This document shows, piece by piece, positions 49,840 through 60,662 of a DNA stretch of 64,000 bases; position 1 is the stretch's first letter, and every line of letters starts with the position of its first letter. The DNA is taken from the NCBI GenBank assembly GCA_937924855.1, contig CALEYQ010000057.1, positions 6,768 through 70,767 on the forward strand, in the 5' to 3' direction. The translations under genes and the position numbers were made by a program. Source of the DNA: an uncultured Bacteroidota bacterium. GTDB taxonomy: Bacteria > Bacteroidota > Bacteroidia > JADZBD01. The notes under the pieces were generated by a model that searched no databases, had not been told where the DNA came from, and saw only the letters and a program-made list of their open reading frames with translations.

Positions 49840-50481
49840 ATGGAAGAAAGTAAGTCGCGGGAAAAAATACTTAAAAAGGTCAGGGCAGCACTTATTCAAA
49901 AAGTTCCTGAGCCACCTGCCAATATCGACTTCGAATCGGATCTTTATCAGATACCTCCAGGTTCTCCTGAAGAAATTTTTGCCCGTGAATTTTCCGCCCT
50001 TAATGGCAAATTTGTTTTTTGCGAAAGTGAAAATGAATTAAAGGAATCACTTCCCATTTTGATACGGGAAAGAGGTTGGCAGGAAATTTTTGCTTTTGAT
50101 CCCGACCTGATAAACATACTCTCCGATGCCGGCATAGCTTTTTCATCCGACGCTTCACAGCTTGCTAAAGCCGAAACCGGAATCTGTACTTGTGAATTCC
50201 TGATAGCACGCACCGGAACAGTAATGGTTTCCTCAAAATTGCCGGGTGGTCGTCGCCTTCCTTTTTACCCCCATATTTGCATTGTGGTTGCCTACACCGA
50301 CCAGATTGTCATGAATGTAAAAGACGGATTAAAAAAAATACGCGAAAAATATAAAGGGGAGTTGCCTTCCATGATTACTGCCATTTCCGGGCCCAGCCGT
50401 ACAGCAGATATTGAAAAAACTCTGGTTCAGGGGGCTCATGGACCCAGGGATATTTATGTATTTCTCACCGACCGCTCCTGA
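49840..50481 (+). CDS. LUD-domain protein (LutC/YkgG-like)
   Basis: 213 aa. LUD/DUF162 architecture. Starts 1 nt after the ftsH stop. Confidence 0.65.
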   Translation: MEESKSREKILKKVRAALIQKVPEPPANIDFESDLYQIPPGSPEEIFAREFSALNGKFVFCESENELKESLPILIRERGWQEIFAFDPDLINILSDAGIAFSSDASQLAKAETGICTCEFLIARTGTVMVSSKLPGGRRLPFYPHICIVVAYTDQIVMNVKDGLKKIREKYKGELPSMITAISGPSRTADIEKTLVQGAHGPRDIYVFLTDRS

Positions 50482-50486
50482 AAACT

Positions 50487-51335
50487 ATGAGCAATTTTTG
50501 GGTTCGTGCCATTTCCGGGTTTTTTTTTCTCTTTGTTCTTGTTTCCGGAATATGGTTTCATCAGGCCTCATGTTTTTTTCTGTTTGCCATAGTTGCCTTA
50601 GGCAGCCTTTGGGAATTTTATAAGCTGGAAAAATTGTCGGGTTCCAACCCTCTGATTATTCCCGGCATTTTTGTGGCTGTTCTCCTCCTCGGTTTTTACG
50701 GTTTGCTTTTTGCCTGGCCCGGTGAAAAAGGTTTCAGGTATTTTTTTCTTCTTCTGCCGGCTTTATTTTTAATTCCCCTTTTCGAATTGTTCAGAAATAA
50801 GCCCAATCCGGTGCGAAATTTCACTTCTTCGCTTGCCGGTTTGATTTATTGTGTGCTTCCCCTGTTGTTTTTATACAGGGCTGGTTTTGTAGTAGATGGA
50901 AAAGACGAAAGCATCAATTTTTCCGGATTTGCCTATCGGCCTGAATTGATTTTGGGATTTTTCATCCTGATCTGGTCTTCCGACACTTTTGCATACCTGA
51001 CCGGAAAAGCCATTGGCCGGACAAAACTATTCGAACGGATCTCACCCAAAAAAACTGTTGAAGGAAGCCTGGGAGGCATTTTTTTTAATGCCATCGCCGG
51101 TTACCTGTTATGGCATTTCTTTGGCATTCTTTCCCTGTTTCATTGGATGGTATTGGCCATCCTTGTAGCCGCTACAGGAACCCTGGGCGACTTAATAGAA
51201 TCTATGCTGAAAAGAAATGCAGGAGTTAAAGATTCCGGGAACATTATGCCCGGCCATGGAGGCTTCCTGGACCGCTTTGATGCAGCTCTTTTTTCAGCCC
51301 CTTTTTATATGGCTTATCTTATTCTGATCCACTGA
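50487..51335 (+). CDS. cdsA: Phosphatidate cytidylyltransferase
   Basis: 282 aa, multi-TM. C-terminal signature SDTFAYLTGKAIGRTKLFERISPKKTVEGSLGG...GHGGFLDRFD. Confidence 0.9.
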   Translation: MSNFWVRAISGFFFLFVLVSGIWFHQASCFFLFAIVALGSLWEFYKLEKLSGSNPLIIPGIFVAVLLLGFYGLLFAWPGEKGFRYFFLLLPALFLIPLFELFRNKPNPVRNFTSSLAGLIYCVLPLLFLYRAGFVVDGKDESINFSGFAYRPELILGFFILIWSSDTFAYLTGKAIGRTKLFERISPKKTVEGSLGGIFFNAIAGYLLWHFFGILSLFHWMVLAILVAATGTLGDLIESMLKRNAGVKDSGNIMPGHGGFLDRFDAALFSAPFYMAYLILIH

Positions 51336-51441
51336 TTTAGGCCTTAAATCTATGATTTCAAATCCTTCGCCGATATTTGTAACCTGAATATATAAAAACC
51401 CTAAATTTGCTTTACTGATTTCCAACAATTTACCATCAATT

Positions 51442-52740
51442 ATGGATACCAATTTGAAAACTCAGGAAAAGAAAACCGAATCACAAAATCAGGATAACCA
51501 TCCCAGCATGTTCGACAGCGTTTTGGCCCGACTTGACAGTGCAGCAAAACTTTTCGGACTCTCAGACGAGGTCCGGGGCATGCTTCGTCATCCTCAGAAA
51601 GAAGTTAAAGTGTCTCTGCCTATCAATATGGATAACGGACAGGTGCAGGTTTTTGAAGGATATCGAACCATTCACAGCACCGCTCTTGGCCCTTCCAAAG
51701 GTGGGATCCGCTATGCCATGGATGTAAATTCAGACGAGGTTAATGCACTTGCCGCCTGGATGACTTTTAAATGTGCTATCGCTAATTTGCCTTATGGCGG
51801 AGGAAAGGGTGGCATTAAATGCGACCCTAAAGTAATGTCGGTGGGAGAACTGGAGCGCTTGACCAAGGCCTATGCCCTGGCCATGATGGATGTTTTTGGT
51901 GAAAACCGCGATATTCCCGCTCCTGATATGGGTACCAGCAAACGGGAAATGGCCTGGATTGTTGATACCTATTCCAAAATAATGGGTCAGCATTGTCCCG
52001 GTGTTGTAACCGGAAAACCTATTACTCTCGGTGGATCCAGGGGCAGGGAAGCCGCTACCGGAAGGGGTGTTATGGTTGCTGCTCTTGAAGCGATGAAAAA
52101 AATCGGAATGGATAAGAAGAGCGCGACCGCAGCCGTGCAGGGATTTGGAAATGTGGGAAGCCATGCCGTTCGCCTGTTAGCTTCACGAGGCATTAAAATA
52201 CTCGCCATTTCGGATCATACTTCCGCCTTCTGGAATGAAAAAGGAATCGATGTGGAAGTTGCTCTTAAATATGTTAAGGATAACGGTGGAACCCTGAAAG
52301 GTTTTAAAGGGGGAGCTGAAATAACAAATAGCGATTTGTTAATCTCTAAAGTAGATGTACTGGTTCCGGCCGCCATTCAAAATGTTATCAATGCAGATGT
52401 TGCTGCTAAAATTCAGGCTAAGCTGATTGTGGAAGGTGCAAATGGTCCCACAACAGCAGAGGCAGATCCGGTTCTTTATGATAAAGGTGTTGTGGTTGTT
52501 CCCGATGTGCTTGCTAACGGGGGCGGTGTTACCGTTTCCTATTTTGAATGGGTTCAGAACAAATACGGCCACTATTGGCCCGAGGACGAGGTTAACGCCA
52601 AATCTGATGCCAGTATGACCAATGCTTTTGAAAATGTATGGTATAACTCCCAGCAATACAAAACCAGTATGCGAATAGGCTCTTATATTACCGCGCTTAA
52701 GCGCATAGATAAAGCCCTTCGTTACCGGGGGAATTACTAA
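51442..52740 (+). CDS. gdhA: NAD(P)-dependent glutamate dehydrogenase
   Basis: 432 aa. The KGGIRY...LPYGGGKGGI catalytic Lys region and the Rossmann GFGNVG. A TAAATTTG -7-like box lies at 51402..51409. Confidence 0.9.
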   Translation: MDTNLKTQEKKTESQNQDNHPSMFDSVLARLDSAAKLFGLSDEVRGMLRHPQKEVKVSLPINMDNGQVQVFEGYRTIHSTALGPSKGGIRYAMDVNSDEVNALAAWMTFKCAIANLPYGGGKGGIKCDPKVMSVGELERLTKAYALAMMDVFGENRDIPAPDMGTSKREMAWIVDTYSKIMGQHCPGVVTGKPITLGGSRGREAATGRGVMVAALEAMKKIGMDKKSATAAVQGFGNVGSHAVRLLASRGIKILAISDHTSAFWNEKGIDVEVALKYVKDNGGTLKGFKGGAEITNSDLLISKVDVLVPAAIQNVINADVAAKIQAKLIVEGANGPTTAEADPVLYDKGVVVVPDVLANGGGVTVSYFEWVQNKYGHYWPEDEVNAKSDASMTNAFENVWYNSQQYKTSMRIGSYITALKRIDKALRYRGNY

Positions 52741-52752
52741 GAATAACTGATT

Positions 52753-52784
52753 AAAAAAAAACCTCCGGACGGAGGTTTTTTTTA
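52753..52784. terminator. Bidirectional rho-independent terminator between convergent gdhA and yidC
   Basis: aaaaaaaa-acctccg-ga-cggaggt-ttttttttt is a perfect GC-rich inverted repeat flanked by an A-run on one side and a T-run on the other. Confidence 0.7.
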
Positions 52785-54686
52785 TTTCTTCTTTTTCACT
52801 TGTTTTACGCGCTCCCGCTGCTGGCGCTGCATTTCATCAAGGCGCTTTTGCCAACGCGAAACTTTGACAGGCTTCTTTTTGTTTTCTTCAATCACGGCCC
52901 GTAACTTGTTTTCATCCATAAACAATCCCATCAGCCAGGTTTGGGCAAACGAAATCATATTTGCCAGAAAGTAATAATAACTCAAGCCAGCCGAAAAATT
53001 ATTCATGAAAGGAAGGAACATAATGGGCATAAGGTATATCATGTATTTCATGCCGGGCATCTGGTTGTTTTGCCCCATTAACTGACTGTTCGAAAAAGTA
53101 TAAAGCAAGGTGGATCCTGTCATCAGAATTGCAAACAGACTCATGTGATCCCCATAAATGGTTTCTATAATGGGGATTTTCCCAAAATCCCAGATGCTGT
53201 CGTAAGTGCTAAGGTCATCCGCCCAGAGGAATGCCTGCTGACGCAATTCAATAGAAGCAGGGAAAAATCTAACCAGAGCAATCAGAATTGGGAATTGTAG
53301 CAGTACGGGAATACAACCCGCCAGTGGGTTAACCCCGGCTTTTTTATACAAAGCCATTTGAGCCTGCTGTTTTTCAAGCGGTGGACGATTTTCGAATTTT
53401 TTGCTAAGCTCATCCAACTCAGGTTTTAACACCCGCATTTTTGCACTCGACAAATATGTTTTGTAGGCAATCGGAAACAAAATCATCTTGATGATAAGAG
53501 TCAGGCACAGAATTATTATGCCGTAATTCCAGTTCAGGTTGTCGAAAAAGTTGAATATGGGAATTACCAGAAATTTATTTACCCATCCGAATATTCCCCA
53601 GCCAAGAGGAATTATTTTTTCAAGGCCCTGATCATAGGCTTTGAGGGTTTGATAATGATTCGGACCCAGGTACAAGTTGAGCGAAAATTGCTCGCTCGGT
53701 TGATGTTCGTAGGAAATAGGAACAATGGCATGAAACTTTTTCACAAGGCTGTCATCGCGACCCATATAGGAACTGAGAAACGAGCCCTGGTTGTCAAAAT
53801 GTTCTTTGGCAATTAACAGGGTTGAGAAAAACTGTTGTTTGAATCCAAGCCATTTCACCTTTGCCTTTAGCCCAAGGCTATCGTCATGCATTTCGGAAAG
53901 ATAGTCGGCCTCTTCGTCGAGATATTTGAAATAAATAGTGCTGGCGTCGCGTTGGTTTTTAATGGTTTTTTCCTGGGAAGGTGTGGCCATGTCCCATGAA
54001 AAATCGAGCAGCGACTGGTTTCGGGGAATTACCTGAGCCAGTCCCTCAAATCCAATGTCGAAACCAACCATGAAATCATTGCCACGAATTGTATAGGTGT
54101 AAACAAGGTGTTTTCCTTCGCCCGCAGGTAGTTTAAAAGAAAACCTGAGCGAGTCTTTCCCGCTCACTTTCCCTGACTTTCCTTCGGGAATAAAATAAAA
54201 ATCAGAAGTGTTTAATTGAGTTTTTTCGGTAACCAGAGAAAGCCCGTAGTTCGACCAACCTTTTGGGAAAAGGTAGAGCGGCTTCCCGTCGTAGGTTTTA
54301 TAATCTTTAAGTAAAACAGAAACTATTTGTCCGCCTCGGTTGGAAAGCTCAAGAATGAAATGTTCATTTTCCAGCGTAAAGCTCGAATCAACACCGGAAG
54401 CCTGAGGATAAAAAACGCCCAGACGAGCCATTTCTTCGGCCTTTTTTAAGGAATCTCCTGTGAGAAGGGAAAGGGTGTCAGTTTTTGCTGTAACAGGGGA
54501 AAGGGTGTCCGGAAGACTAACCACCCGGGTGGTATCTTTTTTGATTTCCAGCGCTGCCAGTGAATCCTGAACACGCTTGCGTTCTGCAATTTCTTCCTGG
54601 CTTGGAGCCGACCAATACAGCCAGCCAAACATAATGGCTCCTATGAGGAGAATTCCAATTACGGTATTACGGTCAAATCCCTGCAT
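52782..54686 (-). CDS. yidC: Membrane protein insertase YidC (long Bacteroidetes type)
   Basis: 634 aa. N-terminal TM, a large periplasmic domain, the C-terminal 5-TM core, and a basic C-terminal tail. Confidence 0.9.
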   Translation of the reverse strand: MQGFDRNTVIGILLIGAIMFGWLYWSAPSQEEIAERKRVQDSLAALEIKKDTTRVVSLPDTLSPVTAKTDTLSLLTGDSLKKAEEMARLGVFYPQASGVDSSFTLENEHFILELSNRGGQIVSVLLKDYKTYDGKPLYLFPKGWSNYGLSLVTEKTQLNTSDFYFIPEGKSGKVSGKDSLRFSFKLPAGEGKHLVYTYTIRGNDFMVGFDIGFEGLAQVIPRNQSLLDFSWDMATPSQEKTIKNQRDASTIYFKYLDEEADYLSEMHDDSLGLKAKVKWLGFKQQFFSTLLIAKEHFDNQGSFLSSYMGRDDSLVKKFHAIVPISYEHQPSEQFSLNLYLGPNHYQTLKAYDQGLEKIIPLGWGIFGWVNKFLVIPIFNFFDNLNWNYGIIILCLTLIIKMILFPIAYKTYLSSAKMRVLKPELDELSKKFENRPPLEKQQAQMALYKKAGVNPLAGCIPVLLQFPILIALVRFFPASIELRQQAFLWADDLSTYDSIWDFGKIPIIETIYGDHMSLFAILMTGSTLLYTFSNSQLMGQNNQMPGMKYMIYLMPIMFLPFMNNFSAGLSYYYFLANMISFAQTWLMGLFMDENKLRAVIEENKKKPVKVSRWQKRLDEMQRQQRERVKQVKKKK

Positions 54687-54750
54687 TTTTCAGACCGCAA
54701 ACCTACATTTTTTTTGCTTACGGGAGGGACAGGAAGGGAAGTATTTTGAA

Positions 54751-56415
<1,665 letters not shown>

Positions 56416-56446
56416 TTATAGGTTCCCATTTTGTAATTTAGCCTGA

Positions 56447-57259
56447 ATGGGCATTGTTTTTAAGCATTTTCTTTTCTTTTTGTTTGCTTTTTTTTCCTGG
56501 ACTTCTTTTTTCGGCCAGCAACCCTTTGTTTTCGACCCTGTAAATGGCTTTATGGTTATGGCCGAGCCCACCGTTCCCATAACAGGTGCCTATTTCGATC
56601 ATCAGGTAGCCCGCGGCTCCCAATATTTTTGGGAGTATCGAACCCGACCTCTTGCATCCATGGGCTTTTCGGCGGGGTACTTTCGGGCAAAACCGGTTTT
56701 TACGGGTTCTTCAGGAAGAACCATTTTCGACTTTTCCCTGCGTTACCGGAATCAGGTGAATACTATTTCCTATGAAGGTTGGGAAGGAGGAAACTCCATG
56801 CAGACTTATTTTTCAGGTCAGGGGAAAGTGGTTTTAAAGCTCCGCAGTGCCTTGGTTTCCGTTGGCCTGATGCATGAATATTTTTTCGGGAAAAAGCCCT
56901 GGCGGCTTTTACACGGCCTGGGTCTGGAGGCCGGTCAGGTTCTGTTTTCCGGTCTCAGGCAGGAGCGGGAAGGAACTTTGTACGATTTTCAAACAGAAAG
57001 TCCTGTGAATGAAACTATCCGTTCTTCGGATTTTTGGCCCTCAGCTTTTCACATTCCAGACTTGAAAATCAATTATTTTTTTGGGGTGCCTTTTTTCTCA
57101 GGAAAAACGGCCATTTGTCCATTTTTTATGACCGGCCTGGTTAACATAGCGCAAATGGTGCCTCGTCCTCCGCCTGAGAAAAAGCCTCTTATTATAAAAC
57201 GTGAATATTATAAGGATTTCTCCTTAGGGTTGCGCATTTACCTGCCTTCCTCCTCATAG
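56447..57259 (+). CDS. Secreted hypothetical protein
   Basis: 270-aa ORF with a hydrophobic N-terminus. Function unknown. Confidence 0.45.
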   Translation: MGIVFKHFLFFLFAFFSWTSFFGQQPFVFDPVNGFMVMAEPTVPITGAYFDHQVARGSQYFWEYRTRPLASMGFSAGYFRAKPVFTGSSGRTIFDFSLRYRNQVNTISYEGWEGGNSMQTYFSGQGKVVLKLRSALVSVGLMHEYFFGKKPWRLLHGLGLEAGQVLFSGLRQEREGTLYDFQTESPVNETIRSSDFWPSAFHIPDLKINYFFGVPFFSGKTAICPFFMTGLVNIAQMVPRPPPEKKPLIIKREYYKDFSLGLRIYLPSSS

Positions 57260-57925
57260 CCAGGTTATGGGTTTTTGCCCCTTTTCTTCAAGCCAGTTGT
57301 TTGTTTTGGAAAAATGCCCGCAGCCCGAGAATCCACCTCCCGCCAGCGGCGAGGGATGAGGTGCAGTAAGAACCAAATGCCTCACTGTATTAATGAAAGC
57401 TCCCTTTTTTTTGGCGAAATTCCCCCATAAAAGGAAAACAAGATTTTCTTTATCCCTGTTCAGAACCCTTATTACCTCATCGGTAAATTCCTCCCAACCC
57501 TTTTTTTGGTGGGAACCGGGGCTGTTTGCCCGCACGGTTAAAGTTGCGTTCAGCAAAAGAACTCCCTGCCTTGCCCAGGATTCCAGGTTCCCACTCCGGG
57601 GAAGCTGACCACCCGTATCACGGATGATTTCCTTAAAAATATTTACAAGGCTGGGGGGTACCCTTATTCCCTCAGGAACACTAAAACTTAGTCCGTGCGC
57701 CTGGCCCGGACCGTGATAGGGGTCCTGCCCTAAAATAACAACCCTGACCTCATTGAAGGGTGTGGAGTTAAAGGCATTAAAAATCAGGTTGCCGGGGGGA
57801 TAAATGGGGTATTTCTTCTTTTCCTCCTTTATGAATTGAACCAGATTATTAAAGGACTCGGTTTTAAAGGCAGGCTCCAGAACTTCCTTCCATCCGGCCT
57901 CTATTTTTGGGTCTATTGCATTCAT
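57254..57925 (-). CDS. ung: Uracil-DNA glycosylase
   Basis: 223 aa. VVILGQDPYHGPGQAHGLSFSV active-site motif. Confidence 0.9.
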   Translation of the reverse strand: MNAIDPKIEAGWKEVLEPAFKTESFNNLVQFIKEEKKKYPIYPPGNLIFNAFNSTPFNEVRVVILGQDPYHGPGQAHGLSFSVPEGIRVPPSLVNIFKEIIRDTGGQLPRSGNLESWARQGVLLLNATLTVRANSPGSHQKKGWEEFTDEVIRVLNRDKENLVFLLWGNFAKKKGAFINTVRHLVLTAPHPSPLAGGGFSGCGHFSKTNNWLEEKGQKPITWL

Positions 57926-58023
57926 TTACAGAATTCCTGGCTACAAACTTACCAACAAATCGGGGTCGGTGTTTGTTAATAAATAATACCCTGGCACGAA
58001 TTTGGTTTATTGAACCTAAAATA

Positions 58024-58031
58024 TATCTTTG
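58024..58031 (+). promoter_or_regulatory. Bacteroidetes sigma-A -7 element (TATCTTTG = TAnnTTTG) with TTG about 18 nt upstream; candidate promoter for the mini-lipoprotein pair
   Basis: The motif sits 37 nt upstream of ATG 58068 in the ung/lipoprotein divergent intergenic region. Confidence 0.35.
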
Positions 58032-58067
58032 CAAATGATCCCCCGGAAACCCGGAAATCTTTTTTTT

Positions 58068-58199
58068 ATGAGAAAATTAACCCTACTGCTGGCAACAGCT
58101 TTACTGTTTTCCCTTTTTCTTACTTCCTGCCGGACTCACGAAAGGTGTCCTGCTTATGGAAAAGCCAAGGCACCTGTTTCTAATTCCGTAAAATCCTAA
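58068..58199 (+). CDS. Mini-lipoprotein (43 aa), not in ORF track
   Basis: MRKLTLLLATALLFSLFLTSCRTHERCPAYGKAKAPVSNSVKS. Signal peptide plus lipobox LTSC. It shares the C-x(3,4)-[HR]-x-C-x-AYGK-x-K motif with the next ORF. Confidence 0.5.
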   Translation: MRKLTLLLATALLFSLFLTSCRTHERCPAYGKAKAPVSNSVKS

Positions 58200-58216
58200 C
58201 CCCTAAAAACCAATCT

Positions 58217-58360
58217 ATGAGAGTAGCACTTCTTTTGGTCGCTTTTAGCGGCATGCTTCTGGCCTCTTGTTCAAAACACAGCTGCGAAGCCTATGGAAAG
58301 TCCAAAAGTTATAAGAAAATGAGTGCGAACTCGAAACCTTCCTCCGAACCCCGGATATAA
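58217..58360 (+). CDS. Mini-lipoprotein (47 aa), tandem paralog, not in ORF track
   Basis: MRVALLLVAFSGMLLASCSKHSCEAYGKSKSYKKMSANSKPSSEPRI. Lipobox LASC and the same CxAYGK motif. Confidence 0.5.
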   Translation: MRVALLLVAFSGMLLASCSKHSCEAYGKSKSYKKMSANSKPSSEPRI

Positions 58361-58392
58361 TCTTCTTTGAAATTCTATTTTACTCTGAACCC

Positions 58393-58424
58393 CCCCCGGC
58401 CCATCCCGGGGGATTTTTATTTAT
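58393..58424 (+). terminator. Rho-independent terminator after the mini-lipoprotein pair
   Basis: cccccgg-cccatc-ccggggg hairpin followed by atttttattta. Confidence 0.55.
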
Positions 58425-58824
58425 AAAAGAAACTAACCTTTTGATTTATTTCGGGATGCAAACTTTTGGCCACAGGGCAATTTTTTGCAGCAGTTTCAAG
58501 ACCTTGACGTTCTTTTTCGGGAACGGCAAAAGCGGGGATCGAAATTGAAATGATTATTTCGATTATCCGCCGGGGGTTTGTTCCCATAATCTTTTCTGCT
58601 TCCAGTTCGGTTCCCACCAGATTCCATTCCCTTGCACGCGCGTAAATTCCCATAATAGTCAACATGCATGCACCCAGTGATGCAGTTGTGAGGTCGGTGG
58701 GTGAAAAATTTTCCCCTTTACCCTGATTGTCAGGAGGGGCGTCAGTAGAAATCCTGCTTCCTGAGAGCAGGTGGGTACATTCGGTTCTTAAATCTCCTTT
58801 ATAGACAATTTTTGCAGTTTTCAT
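58417..58824 (-). CDS. osmC: OsmC/Ohr-family peroxiredoxin-like protein
   Basis: 135 aa. Two conserved cysteines (GACMLT ... CPVAKS) in OsmC spacing. Confidence 0.8.
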   Translation of the reverse strand: MKTAKIVYKGDLRTECTHLLSGSRISTDAPPDNQGKGENFSPTDLTTASLGACMLTIMGIYARAREWNLVGTELEAEKIMGTNPRRIIEIIISISIPAFAVPEKERQGLETAAKNCPVAKSLHPEINQKVSFFYK

Positions 58825-58855
58825 TCGTTTTTTTGAAAATGATTATATTTGAAAG

Positions 58856-59665
58856 ATGGGAATATTTTTCCAAAAGCGGGTTCTTTTTGCGGTATTGTTA
58901 ATTTCCGCCCTCGGGATGAATGCCCAGGACGGTCAGCCCGAGCCTAAATCTTCATCCGGCTTCAATCCTGTGGGAGAAAATGACGAAGTTCAGTTACTCT
59001 ATAAGAACGACTTTACCCTTGGTGCCATGGTTCATACCCAGGGCTGGGGTTTAAACTTCAGAAGGGGAAAACACATTACCGGGTACAAGCGCGGGATTTT
59101 TGAATTGGAAATCGTTAACATCCGGCATCCGAAAGAAATAAAAACCAAAAACCTTTTGTTTGGGGAAAACTCAAGGGGTTATTATTTCGGAAAATTAAAC
59201 TCTTTGCTTGTTTTCCGGCCGGGTTTTGGAACCCAGTTTGAGCTTTTTGGGAAACAAGTCAGAAGAGGGGTGGAGATAAATCTGGTAACTTTTGCCGGCC
59301 CCTCCCTGGGTCTTGCCAAGCCGGTTTATCTGCAAATTCTATATCCCATTCCATCTACCCCCAATCCCAACGATTACGTTATTAGCACCGAGAAGTACGA
59401 TCCCGAAATTCATTTTGCCGATAAAATTTATGGCAGGGCCCCTTATTTTAAAGGCTTCGGGGAAAGCAAAATTTTTCCGGGCGGCTTTGCCAAACTGGGT
59501 TTGAATTTTGAATACGGAGATCTTGACGACAATATTAAATCACTTGAAACCGGGGTTATTCTGGATATTTATCCCAAGGTGGTTCCCATAATGGCTCATA
59601 CCCGAAACAGCCAAACCTACCTGACCTTTTATATTCACATGATGTTCGGCCGTCGCTGGTTTTAA
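58856..59665 (+). CDS. Secreted/outer-membrane hypothetical protein
   Basis: 269 aa. Signal peptide ...LLISALGMNAQ. C-terminal Phe (…GRRWF) is typical of beta-barrel outer-membrane proteins. Confidence 0.5.
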   Translation: MGIFFQKRVLFAVLLISALGMNAQDGQPEPKSSSGFNPVGENDEVQLLYKNDFTLGAMVHTQGWGLNFRRGKHITGYKRGIFELEIVNIRHPKEIKTKNLLFGENSRGYYFGKLNSLLVFRPGFGTQFELFGKQVRRGVEINLVTFAGPSLGLAKPVYLQILYPIPSTPNPNDYVISTEKYDPEIHFADKIYGRAPYFKGFGESKIFPGGFAKLGLNFEYGDLDDNIKSLETGVILDIYPKVVPIMAHTRNSQTYLTFYIHMMFGRRWF

Positions 59666-59677
59666 TTCTCATTTATC

Positions 59678-60535
59678 GTGGAAACCGATTTAAAACCAAG
59701 AATGAAAAAGCCCGATTGGCTCAGGGTAAAACTGCCCACGGGTGAAGGCTACCGTAAGGTGCGTAATCTGGTAGATAAACATAAACTCCATACCATTTGT
59801 GAGTCAGGAAACTGCCCCAATATGGGTGAATGCTGGGGCGCTGGAACGGCAACTTTTATGATCCTGGGAAATATTTGTACCCGAAGCTGTGGGTTTTGCG
59901 CGGTGGCTACAGGCCGACCCGGGAAAGTGGATTTAAACGAGCCTGAGCGGGTTGCTGAATCCGTATTTCTGATGGAGGTAAAGCATTGTGTTATTACTTC
60001 TGTCGACCGCGACGACCTCCCCGACGGAGGGGCCGGGATTTGGGCCGAAACCATTCGGGCCATCCGGAAAAGATCTCCTGACACCAAATTTGAAACTTTG
60101 ATTCCGGACTTTGCCGGAAAATGGGACAACCTTGCGATTGTGTTGCGGGAAAAGCCCGATGTGCTTTCGCATAATCTGGAAACAGTCAAACGATTAACCA
60201 AAAAAGTGAGAATTCAGGCCAAATACGACCGCAGCCTGGAAGTGCTGATAAGGAGCAAAGAAGCCGGTTTACGGACCAAGTCGGGCATCATGGTTGGTTT
60301 GGGAGAGACTGAAAATGAGGTGTTTGAGACCCTGGAAGATTTGAAATCAGCCCGGGTTGATGTGGTTACCATCGGTCAATACCTGCAGCCTACCGCGAAG
60401 CATTTGCCGGTTCATGAATTTGTTCATCCCGATAAGTTCGCCCTGTATCGTAGGGTAGGCCTTTCCATGGGCTTTTCTGTGGTGGAAAGCGGCCCCTTGG
60501 TAAGATCCAGCTATCATGCTGAAAATCACGTTTGA
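59678..60535 (+). CDS. lipA: Lipoyl synthase
   Basis: 285 aa. Auxiliary cluster [12 protein letters not shown] and the radical-SAM CTRSCGFC. Confidence 0.9.
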   Translation: METDLKPRMKKPDWLRVKLPTGEGYRKVRNLVDKHKLHTICESGNCPNMGECWGAGTATFMILGNICTRSCGFCAVATGRPGKVDLNEPERVAESVFLMEVKHCVITSVDRDDLPDGGAGIWAETIRAIRKRSPDTKFETLIPDFAGKWDNLAIVLREKPDVLSHNLETVKRLTKKVRIQAKYDRSLEVLIRSKEAGLRTKSGIMVGLGETENEVFETLEDLKSARVDVVTIGQYLQPTAKHLPVHEFVHPDKFALYRRVGLSMGFSVVESGPLVRSSYHAENHV

Positions 60536-60576
60536 ACCCAGCTCCCCTGGCTGTGAATTTTTTTTGAAAAAAACTG

Positions 60577-60607
60577 CCTTTTACTTATATTTGTAATCCT
60601 TGGAAAG
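60577..60607 (+). promoter_or_regulatory. Two copies of TATATTTG (TAnnTTTG -7 consensus) at 60577..60584 and 60600..60607, upstream of the BNR-repeat T9SS gene
   Basis: Exact octamer repeated 23 nt apart in a 127-nt intergenic region, 56 and 79 nt upstream of ATG 60663. Confidence 0.3.
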
Positions 60608-60662
60608 TTATATTTGCCAAGCGATGTTTTCCGACATCCCCCAAACTAATTTTTAAAGAACT

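Noticed and set aside
56438-56623. 61-aa minus-strand ORF overlapping the start of the 56447..57259 gene
   Set aside because: It is antisense to a longer ORF that has a signal peptide. Its Gly/Lys-rich product has no features.
57990-58067. ccgg-aaac-ccgg plus T-run as a terminator upstream of the mini-lipoprotein gene
   Set aside because: The stem is only 4 bp and no plus-strand gene ends upstream. The region is better explained as a divergent promoter region (it contains TATCTTTG).
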